Positions 26,586 to 34,024 of a stretch of 64,000 nucleotides of DNA are shown piece by piece (the stretch's first letter is position 1; each line of letters opens with the position of its first letter). The notes under the pieces are model-generated. The model was given only the letters and a program-made list of their open reading frames with translations. It ran no database searches and was not told the origin of the DNA. A program made the translations under genes and the position numbers. The DNA comes from Terriglobales bacterium. GTDB taxonomy: Bacteria; Acidobacteriota; Terriglobia; Terriglobales; Acidobacteriaceae. The stretch spans positions 14,813-78,812 of the forward strand of contig DATBAT010000258.1 in assembly GCA_036271375.1 (NCBI GenBank), read 5' to 3'.

Positions 26586-28724
26586 ATGATTGAAAAAATC
26601 CAGACGCAGCTGCTTGATCTCAAAAAAGAGATTCAGGGCGGCAATCTCACCGGCGTTCTAACCCGGTTTGCGGATCTGCTCCTGGTTGGACTCGTTGCGG
26701 TCATGATCGGACTGATGATCGTGCCGCTGCCGACCTTTCTTCTCGACATATTTCTAACCATAAATATTACGGCGGCAGTGACCATCCTGATGGTCTCGAT
26801 CTACATATCGAGCCCAACCCAGATTGGTTCATTCCCCACCTTACTTCTCCTCACTACGCTCTACCGCTTGTCCCTGGATATTTCCGCGACCCGATTAATT
26901 CTGCTCAAGGCCGATGCCGGCGAAGTGATCCGGGCCTTTGGCATGTTTGTGGTCAGCGGCAATTTTGTAGTCGGCGCCGTCATTTTCCTGATCATCACTC
27001 TGGTCCAGTTCATTGTGATCACGAAGGGCGCTGAGCGCGTTGCGGAGGTCTCCGCCCGCTTCACTCTCGACGCCATGCCCGGCAAGCAGATGAGTATCGA
27101 CGCCGATCTGCGGGCGGGCATCATCGATTTCCAAACCGCGCGCTCCAGACGCGAGGGGTTGGCTCGCGAAAGCCAGTTCTATGGCGCGATGGATGGCGCC
27201 ATGAAGTTTGTGAAGGGTGATGCCATCGCTGGAATTGTCATCACCGCCATCAATATCGTCGGCGGATTGATCATTGGCGTTGCCATGAACAATATGAGCG
27301 TGATGGAGGCAGTGCAGACTTACTCCATCCTGACCATCGGCAACGGTCTGGTATCGCAGATTCCGGCTCTGCTGATTTCGATCTCGGCCGGCATGGTAGT
27401 CACCCGCGTCGCCTCGGAAACTCCTGATTCAAATCTTGGCAAGGATGTCGCCGGGCAGATCCTGGGCCAGCCGAAAGCAATTGCAGTAGCCTCAGGCTTG
27501 CTGACGATCATGGCGATTATCCCGGGCCTACCCAAAATTCCGTTCTTTATTCTGGCTTCATTGACCGGTTCGTTGGCTTATGGGCTTTTCCGCGCACAAA
27601 GAATGCGATTGGAAGCGAGCCAACAGAGTCAGCAAGACGTGGTCGCCGCGAAAGTGCAAGACCCGCAGATGTCGCTCACCGTCCCCCTGGTTTTGCAAGC
27701 CGGGGAAGGTCTGACCCCGTTGGTCGACATTGAAACCGAAGGCGGTAAGAAATTTTACGAGCAACTTCTTGGAGTGAGAAACGGTCTCTACTACGAACTC
27801 GGGGTAATTTTCCCTTCGCTTCAGGTCAAGGGCAACTCTCCTGGCGATCCCGGCGGCTACACCATTTGGGCCAACGAGGTGCCCGTGGTGAACGGCCTGA
27901 TTCGCATGGACGCCGTGATGGTGAACGACTCGGTCTCCGGCATTTCGATTTACGGACTAAAGGGCGAGGAGACCACCAACCCAGCGACGGGGAAACCTGC
28001 GGCGTGGATTCCGCGTGATCAAGCGGCGCGAGCCAAAGAAATCGGACTGACGGTCTGGGACAGCCAGGAGATTCTTCTTTTGCATTTGGCGCACTACCTG
28101 AAAAAGAACGCGCGAGAGTTTATTGGAATTCAAGAAGTGCAGGTGATGGTTTCTGCGCTCAAGCAGCACTACCCAACATTGGTGGAAGAGACTGTGCCAA
28201 AGCCAGTGTCGCTGCAAACCCTCACTGAGATTTTGCGGAAACTGGTCGAAGAAGAAGTATCCATACGCGATCTCAAAGCAATTTTCCAGACGCTATGCGA
28301 ATGGGGCCGCGCTGAGCACGACCCACTGGCTTTGACGGAGCAGGTGCGCGCGGGGCTGAAGAGGAAAATTTGCTACCGGCTTTCCGAAGGCCGCCCGCTG
28401 ATGTTCGTGTATCAGTTGGATCCTGAAATCGAGGAGATGTTTCGCAATTCCATACGGCAAAGCGCCAGCGGCGCCTATCTGGCAATGGAACCGGCAATGA
28501 GTCAACAAGTTTTGGAAGCCGCGCGAGCCCATCTCGGCAATCTTCCTGCGAGCGCGCAGCGGCCGGTGATCGTTACCGATGGGGAGATTCGGCGGTTCGT
28601 GAAAAAGCTTCTGGATTTCGCAATTCCCGATGTCACGGTTTTGAGTTACGACCAGATTACGCCGCAAATTAATTTGCAGCCCCTGGGCGTAATCGCTCCA
28701 GTGAGAACGCAGCTTGCCAGTTAG
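26586..28724 (+). CDS. sctV: T3SS export-gate protein SctV (FlhA/YscV/InvA family)
   Basis: 712 aa. FHIPEP signature 'RVAEVSARFTLDAMPGKQMSIDADLRAG', polytopic N-domain plus a large cytoplasmic domain. Confidence 0.95.
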   Translation: MIEKIQTQLLDLKKEIQGGNLTGVLTRFADLLLVGLVAVMIGLMIVPLPTFLLDIFLTINITAAVTILMVSIYISSPTQIGSFPTLLLLTTLYRLSLDISATRLILLKADAGEVIRAFGMFVVSGNFVVGAVIFLIITLVQFIVITKGAERVAEVSARFTLDAMPGKQMSIDADLRAGIIDFQTARSRREGLARESQFYGAMDGAMKFVKGDAIAGIVITAINIVGGLIIGVAMNNMSVMEAVQTYSILTIGNGLVSQIPALLISISAGMVVTRVASETPDSNLGKDVAGQILGQPKAIAVASGLLTIMAIIPGLPKIPFFILASLTGSLAYGLFRAQRMRLEASQQSQQDVVAAKVQDPQMSLTVPLVLQAGEGLTPLVDIETEGGKKFYEQLLGVRNGLYYELGVIFPSLQVKGNSPGDPGGYTIWANEVPVVNGLIRMDAVMVNDSVSGISIYGLKGEETTNPATGKPAAWIPRDQAARAKEIGLTVWDSQEILLLHLAHYLKKNAREFIGIQEVQVMVSALKQHYPTLVEETVPKPVSLQTLTEILRKLVEEEVSIRDLKAIFQTLCEWGRAEHDPLALTEQVRAGLKRKICYRLSEGRPLMFVYQLDPEIEEMFRNSIRQSASGAYLAMEPAMSQQVLEAARAHLGNLPASAQRPVIVTDGEIRRFVKKLLDFAIPDVTVLSYDQITPQINLQPLGVIAPVRTQLAS

Positions 28725-29582
28725 CTACGGTTGCGTCGGAGAAGTAGTGGTCAATAGATCGCGGATAAGACTGGAAAACCGGCGCGTTTCCACGAAGCCG
28801 CAAACCTGAAGAAGCCGTTGTGAGTAGCTCTGATCGAACACGTTGGTAGCGGTAAGAGTTGCCCGATAGTTGGAGACGAGAAAACGGAGTAGTTCGCAGC
28901 CGGCAGGAATGGATTGTTCCGGCGAACGAATATCCAGTAAGGTGTGCGGCGCTTCCGGCAGAATCGCCGCATAGGCCTTGAGTTCATCGCCGGAAAAGGC
29001 ACCGAGGGTCTGGATCATGGGAACTGCATTCATCAGGAAGGCGGGCCTCTGGCTCCAGTGAAGGTGCTCTTCCGGGGGAAGTTGGATTTGAGAAAGCAGT
29101 GCTGCCTCAATGGGCCGGACTGCGAAACTCGGATCCGGATCGGGCAGGGTGGCATGGTCACACCGCATGTCCATGAGCCGGTACTGCGGATAGGCCTGAA
29201 TGAAACGGTAACGTTGCGCGGGGCGATCGCTGACGGAGACGCCGTAGAGAGTTTCGTATCCGTCGTCGCGCAACCGCTGGCAGCATGCGTCAAACAGAGG
29301 CACGGAAATGGGCCGGCTCCGAAACTGGGCCAGCGTGCCCCAGTACAACGTGTATGCAGAGCGCGTTTTTTGGTCCGTGCAGTTGAGCATCAAGGCGGCG
29401 GGTTCGCCTTCAACGTATCGGACAAGGGAATATTTGTAAGAAAAATTCCAGTATCGAGAAAAGTTCAGGAAGCCAAACATGTCGAGATGAAATTCAAGCG
29501 ATGTGCCGCGGGAGGATTCGTTCAAAAGACGGATAACGTCGGGCAGGTTTTCCAGGCCTATGGGGCGTAGTTCTTCCAGCAT
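28725..29582 (-). CDS. Hypothetical protein, possibly tandem GNAT-like acyltransferase fold
   Basis: 285-aa ORF on the opposite strand inside the T3SS locus. Its stop abuts the sctV stop with zero spacing. The weak two-lobed pattern ('EGEPAALMLN...TLYWGTLAQFRSRPISVPLFDACCQRLRDDGYETLY') is only suggestive. Confidence 0.45.
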   Translation of the reverse strand: MLEELRPIGLENLPDVIRLLNESSRGTSLEFHLDMFGFLNFSRYWNFSYKYSLVRYVEGEPAALMLNCTDQKTRSAYTLYWGTLAQFRSRPISVPLFDACCQRLRDDGYETLYGVSVSDRPAQRYRFIQAYPQYRLMDMRCDHATLPDPDPSFAVRPIEAALLSQIQLPPEEHLHWSQRPAFLMNAVPMIQTLGAFSGDELKAYAAILPEAPHTLLDIRSPEQSIPAGCELLRFLVSNYRATLTATNVFDQSYSQRLLQVCGFVETRRFSSLIRDLLTTTSPTQP

Positions 29583-29624
29583 CGGAAACGCATCATACTA
29601 CAGCGTCTTAAGGGAGGTTTAGCC

Positions 29625-29897
29625 ATGAGGCAAGAAGCACGACAGACTAATTCGGCGGGAAGAGACGACATTGGCTGGCGTCAATTTCCGGAATTTGAAA
29701 AAATTCTAACCAATGAACCGCCAGCCCCCATTCTGAGCAAGGTGGAGAAGACATGCCGCCAGCTGAATGAGGTGATCCTGTCTGGATCGGAAACCGATAA
29801 AGCACGCGCCCAATTGGGCATGACGGCATACGGACGCTCTTTGGATCTGCTGCGCATGCTCACAGAAATGCGTGACAAATCAGCGGAGCAGAAGTAG
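29625..29897 (+). CDS. Small helical hypothetical protein (yscE-position)
   Basis: 90-aa ORF preceded by GGGAGG, directly upstream of the needle-like gene. No family recognised. Confidence 0.45.
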   Translation: MRQEARQTNSAGRDDIGWRQFPEFEKILTNEPPAPILSKVEKTCRQLNEVILSGSETDKARAQLGMTAYGRSLDLLRMLTEMRDKSAEQK

Positions 29898-29923
29898 CAA
29901 CATTGGCGGCTCACATCCGATAA
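29896..29923 (+). promoter_or_regulatory. Candidate sigma-28-type promoter P(sctF): AGCAAC-N16-CGATAA
   Basis: TAGCAAC at 29895-29901 and TCCGATAATTTG at 29917-29928. AGGAGG at 29931-29936 and ATG at 29945 follow. Confidence 0.55.
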
Positions 29924-29944
29924 TTTGAACAGGAGGCGAAACCG

Positions 29945-30292
29945 ATGTCCGAAATTAACCGCGCTTTGAGCATGGCATCCTCGCCGAATTACAGCATTGA
30001 TCAGATTTTGCAGACCACCACGCCTGCCAAGCAGCCGGGAGGATTCCGGCGAGTACTGGGCGGAATCGTTGGCGCAGTGGGCAACGTCTTCGCTCCCGGA
30101 ATCGGCGGCATGATCGGCAGCGCAATTTCCGGGAACACCGGCATCAACCAGACTGGCTTGATGAATGACTCCATGCAGTATCTGCAACTGCAGAAACAGA
30201 TGAACATGGAGCAGCAGGCTTTCGAAACCGCTTCCTCGGTGATGAAAGCTCGTCACGATGCGTCGATGGCCGCGATTCGCAATATGACCTAG
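29945..30292 (+). CDS. sctF: T3SS needle-family protein (SctF-like) with Gly-rich N-terminal extension
   Basis: The C-terminus 'MQYLQLQKQMNMEQQAFETASSVMKARHDASMAAIRNMT' parallels PrgI/MxiH '...YRNAQSNTVKVFKDIDAAIIQNFR' (S..V.K...D..AAI.(Q/R)N + 2 aa). Confidence 0.65.
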   Translation: MSEINRALSMASSPNYSIDQILQTTTPAKQPGGFRRVLGGIVGAVGNVFAPGIGGMIGSAISGNTGINQTGLMNDSMQYLQLQKQMNMEQQAFETASSVMKARHDASMAAIRNMT

Positions 30293-30320
30293 CGGGACTG
30301 AAGGTCAATGGAGGTCACAA

Positions 30321-30725
30321 ATGGCAACCAGGTGGACTATCGCTCCTTCTAAAGAAGAAGCGGAGTTTTTGTTGGAAGCGGGAATCATCTATCGCGACGC
30401 GAAGAACTTCGCCGCCGCCCGCGACGTATTCATGGGCGTGCAGACGCTATTTCCGAAGAGCGAAGTTCCCGAGGTACTGCTGGGCACCGTGTCTTTCCAG
30501 GAAGGCAAATTCGAAGAGGCCGAGCGGCACTATCAAAAGGCTCTCGAATTAAATTCGCGTAGCGCTTTCGCGCATGCCTATCTGGGCGAGGCTTCGCTGT
30601 TCCGCAAAGATAAAGAAGCAGCGCGCGTGCATCTGAAGACCGCTTTGACACTGGACCCTTTGGGAGAGTCGGGCAAGATGGCCCGAAGACTCATGGAAAT
30701 GTCCGATCAAGTGACGTTCGCGTAA
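30321..30725 (+). CDS. Small TPR protein (YscG/PscG-position needle chaperone candidate)
   Basis: 134 aa, TPR units ('AGIIYRDAKNFAAARDVFMGVQTLFPKSEVPEVLLGTVSFQEGKFEEAERHYQKALELNSRSAFAHAYLGEASL'). Immediately downstream of the needle-like gene. Confidence 0.55.
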   Translation: MATRWTIAPSKEEAEFLLEAGIIYRDAKNFAAARDVFMGVQTLFPKSEVPEVLLGTVSFQEGKFEEAERHYQKALELNSRSAFAHAYLGEASLFRKDKEAARVHLKTALTLDPLGESGKMARRLMEMSDQVTFA

Positions 30726-30740
30726 TCCGGCAGTTGAACG

Positions 30741-31103
30741 ATGGGTATTGATGACATCAAGCCGCCGGGGTTCTATGGCTCTTTTGTTCCTTCTTCAAGC
30801 GAAGCGCCAATTGAATCCAAGCGCGACAATAGTTTTTCCGAGGTCAAGGGTAAGGTGGAGTCCCCTGCCTCTGAGCCCGCGCGTCTGTCCTTGGGCGCAG
30901 CTGCCGATCTCAAGAAGACCGACCTTCAGGATCCCGCAAAGCTGGAACAGATAGTGCGCAGCTCGGCATCGGAACTTGTCGACTCGCAGAACTTGTCAGG
31001 ACCTTTGTCGGCTTCCGACAAGAAATCGCTGGTGGATTTCCTTTCGCAAGATCCAAAGTTTCGTCAACAGATTGAGTCCTACCTTCGAAAGGTCGCGGTA
31101 TAG
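30741..31103 (+). CDS. Hypothetical protein (low-complexity, possible substrate/regulator)
   Basis: 120-aa ORF in the operon, S/E/P/K-rich and apparently disordered N-half. No family recognised. Confidence 0.45.
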   Translation: MGIDDIKPPGFYGSFVPSSSEAPIESKRDNSFSEVKGKVESPASEPARLSLGAAADLKKTDLQDPAKLEQIVRSSASELVDSQNLSGPLSASDKKSLVDFLSQDPKFRQQIESYLRKVAV

Positions 31104-31106
31104 GCC

Positions 31107-31628
31107 ATGGAGATTCTGCTTTCTATTCGCTCCAAGACGGACGGCAGCGTCCGTGAACTGAAGCAAGAAATTGCCAGCGGCGTGGCTCTGGGTCGCGGCG
31201 CGGAGCACGGCATTCTGCTGGACGGGCAGGACCTCTCCCGCGAACACGTGGTGCTTACCACCGACGGCGACCGCGTTTTCGTAACCGACCTGAGCAGCAA
31301 TGGAACGTGGCTGAACGGAAAGCGGCTTACGCGATTAACCCGCAGCGCCTTTCGCGTGGGCGATTCCGTTGACATCCCTGGCTACACGCTGAGCTATCGG
31401 CTCGAAGAACCTCCACCACCGCCCGAACCTGCGAAAGCACCTGAGGCACCGGCCCCACTGCCAAGTATCGAGCGGCAGGTGGTGGTTTCACCTCCAGAGC
31501 CGATTCGTCCCGCGCCACGCGGTAATCCTGTCTTTGCTTTTATCGGATCGTTCAGTTTTGGAGAGAAGTTCTTGATTCTGGTTGGACTGGGCGGACTGTT
31601 GCTGATCTACACCTACGCGGGATTGTAG
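31107..31628 (+). CDS. FHA-domain protein with Pro-rich linker and C-terminal TM anchor (truncated SctD-like architecture)
   Basis: FHA: 'VALGRGAEHGILLDGQDLSREHVVLTTDGDRVFVTDLSSNGTWLNGKRL...VGDSVDIPGYTLSY'. Linker 'EEPPPPPEPAKAPEAPAP'. Terminal TM 'FLILVGLGGLLLIYTYAGL', then a stop. Confidence 0.8.
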   Translation: MEILLSIRSKTDGSVRELKQEIASGVALGRGAEHGILLDGQDLSREHVVLTTDGDRVFVTDLSSNGTWLNGKRLTRLTRSAFRVGDSVDIPGYTLSYRLEEPPPPPEPAKAPEAPAPLPSIERQVVVSPPEPIRPAPRGNPVFAFIGSFSFGEKFLILVGLGGLLLIYTYAGL

Positions 31629-33760
31629 GGAAAGGTTCGAACATCAAAGCCGACCAGGCGATGGTAGTAAGGCTCGATCAACTCCCAGAGCCGTTCCTGA
31701 TTTTTCCAAATCAGAAATCCTAAGAGACAGGCGACTGCCAGAATCAAGATCCAGATGATCACCGGAGTTTCTTCTCCTTTGACCTTTACTTTCTTGGCTG
31801 GTTTTGGCTCTGCCGCCACGGGCGCAGGCGCAACCGGAGCAGCGGCGGGTTTCCGCACATTAAGAATTACCGTTCGGTTGGCTCGCTGCGCAACCGGACG
31901 CAGCTTTGCCATAACCGCCTGAGGGTCGGGCGGTCTCTTCTCCGCGTTCTTCTCCATCATCTCTTCGACCAGGTCCGACATCGCCGCCGGACAAGATGGA
32001 AGTAGCATCTTTAACGGTGTGGCTCGCTTTTCCAGGTCACCGTGCCAGCGCAGCCAGTCCAGATCCGATCGCTGTTCTGGAAATGTTTTTTGAAACATCA
32101 GCTTTCCCAGCAGGATTTCGTAAAACATCATCCCCAGCGCATAGACGTGGGCAGTGGAGCTTTGCGCTCCGCCTTTGTCGGCAAAGATTTCCGGAGCGGC
32201 ATACCGTGGCGACGTCAGAATAATTCCGGAACCCGAACCTTGGTCCGAGGGCGTCGCAGAAGTGCGGATCGTCGCCTTGCCCGCACGGTCAAAAAAGACA
32301 TTTTCCGGGCTGAGAGCCGCTCCTTTGTTATTAGCTGCGTACATATCCAGCAAAGCTTGCACCGTGGCAACGAAGGGGTAAACCACTTCCTCAAGTTGCG
32401 GAGGATTGTCCTTCATGTAGCCGGCCAGGGTTTCTGGCTGCGCTAAGAATGGCAAAGAAATCTCCGGAGCAACTTTCGGCCGCGGTGCCGATGGCTTTAC
32501 ATCTGGCTTCGGAACGGGAGGAGGCGTGACGGGTTTGACCGGAACTGCCGGCGAAGACTGCCGCACCGGAGGAGCCGCAGGTGGGCCAGGTGGTTTGGCT
32601 GCGTTGGGTATTGCTGCCGGGCGGACTCCCGACGGTGGCCGGGCTGGCTGGCCTTTTTGGTTGGCAGCGCTCGGACTCTTCGACAGAAATGCCTTGCGTT
32701 CTTCCGGCTTTTGCAAACTCTCCGAGGCCAGAACGTAAAGGCGATCCAAATCTGTGGTTCGCGACGCAGCCTCCTTGATGATCACCCTGGCCATCGGTCC
32801 GACAAAGGCGGCAAGCAGGTGCTGTACGTCGCTGAGGACATCGGGATCCCACTTGAAGTCGTGCGCCACCTGGAGCGCCTCAAGTTCATGGGAAGAATTC
32901 CCCGATTTTTTGTCCCCGAACCCTTGCGGCGCGATGGCGGCAAGGGCGTTTTTCGAAACCGCAGGACTTACAGGGAATCCAAACGCCGTCTGAATCCCGC
33001 TGGAAAACGAGAACGCGGTGGGATAGCGGTCATAAACCGCTTTGGCCAGGGCCTTGGCGCAAACCGCATCGAAATTTGTGGGTACGTTGGGGTCTATTGC
33101 CGATGGCGGTTTTTCTTTTTCATGACACACGCGGTCCAGCAAACCTTGCGGGGGGCCAGCAAAAGGACTGACGCCGGTAAGCAGTTCGTAAAAGATAATA
33201 CCTGCGGAAAAAACGTCGGAGCGGCGGTCTACGGGCAGCCCTCCAAATTGCTCCGGTGACATGAATTGCGGCGTGCCGGCAGTGAACCTCGCCACCCCAA
33301 AACCCGCGATATGAAGCTTTCCGTCCTTGGTGACCACTAGGTTTGCGGGCTTGAGGTCGTGGTGCGCCACCCCTTGATCGTGGGCATAGTCAAGGGCGGC
33401 CAAAAGTTGCACCCCGAGGCTAACGGCATCCGGCAAAGGAACGTGCAAGCCCGGAGGCAAAGATATCCCGTCAACGTATTCGGTTGCGATGAAGGCAATG
33501 CCGGCATCCTCCCCGTATTCCAGAACTTTCACGATGCCCGGATGATTGAGTGCGGCGGCAGCGCGTGCTTCACTCTGAAATTCCGCAAGACCGGAGGCGC
33601 CGTCGGCCTCCAACCGGTTCTTGGTGACCGTCTTGAGGGTCACGCTGAGATTTGTGGCCGGGTCTATCCCCCTGAAAGTCTGCCAGGAATCCCCTTGGGC
33701 AAGCGTTTCGGCGATCTGAAAACGGCCGATTTTTTCGGGGTGGGGCGTCTCAGCGCACAT
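31613..33760 (-). CDS. Membrane-anchored tandem Hanks-type (pseudo)kinase
   Basis: The N-domain has kinase topology but 'HHDLKPANL' instead of HRD, 'IAGFGVAR' instead of DFG, and a degenerate Gly-loop ('LAQGDSWQTF'). A second kinase C-lobe-like region follows ('SPRYAAPEIF...YALGMMFYEILLG') without a catalytic loop. C-terminal TM 'VIIWILILAVACLLGFLIW'. Confidence 0.8.
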   Translation of the reverse strand: MCAETPHPEKIGRFQIAETLAQGDSWQTFRGIDPATNLSVTLKTVTKNRLEADGASGLAEFQSEARAAAALNHPGIVKVLEYGEDAGIAFIATEYVDGISLPPGLHVPLPDAVSLGVQLLAALDYAHDQGVAHHDLKPANLVVTKDGKLHIAGFGVARFTAGTPQFMSPEQFGGLPVDRRSDVFSAGIIFYELLTGVSPFAGPPQGLLDRVCHEKEKPPSAIDPNVPTNFDAVCAKALAKAVYDRYPTAFSFSSGIQTAFGFPVSPAVSKNALAAIAPQGFGDKKSGNSSHELEALQVAHDFKWDPDVLSDVQHLLAAFVGPMARVIIKEAASRTTDLDRLYVLASESLQKPEERKAFLSKSPSAANQKGQPARPPSGVRPAAIPNAAKPPGPPAAPPVRQSSPAVPVKPVTPPPVPKPDVKPSAPRPKVAPEISLPFLAQPETLAGYMKDNPPQLEEVVYPFVATVQALLDMYAANNKGAALSPENVFFDRAGKATIRTSATPSDQGSGSGIILTSPRYAAPEIFADKGGAQSSTAHVYALGMMFYEILLGKLMFQKTFPEQRSDLDWLRWHGDLEKRATPLKMLLPSCPAAMSDLVEEMMEKNAEKRPPDPQAVMAKLRPVAQRANRTVILNVRKPAAAPVAPAPVAAEPKPAKKVKVKGEETPVIIWILILAVACLLGFLIWKNQERLWELIEPYYHRLVGFDVRTFPYNPA

Positions 33761-34024
33761 GGAATCAGGAGTAAGAATTAACCGGATTTACGTTCCGCCG
33801 CGCTTGCGGCAGCCGTTGATTGTAGCATTCCGCCGGTTTCAGGGAACCTCGTGGCCATCCGGGAAGCCGGCGCCGTCAACGCCACAAACTGCAAGGTTCA
33901 TTCAGCATTGCCGGGACAAAAAGGCTCCCCGGGAAAGGCCAGAATATGAGACCATACGAGGCTATCCCGGTGTGGGCCGCGCCGACCAATTGGCCCGCCG
34001 TCAGGGTGGGATGAGCGTCGATCC

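Noticed and set aside
13952-31628. Interpretation of the locus as a (partial) flagellar gene cluster, given the FliA-like sigma, the FliO homologue and the FliK-like C-domain
   Set aside because: The membrane ring is a 275-aa YscJ-type lipoprotein, not FliF. SctF/SctI-type helices and SycD-like TPR chaperones are present. No FliG, FliM, FliE, rod, hook, flagellin, FlgM or Mot genes are present in about 18 kb of tightly packed operons.
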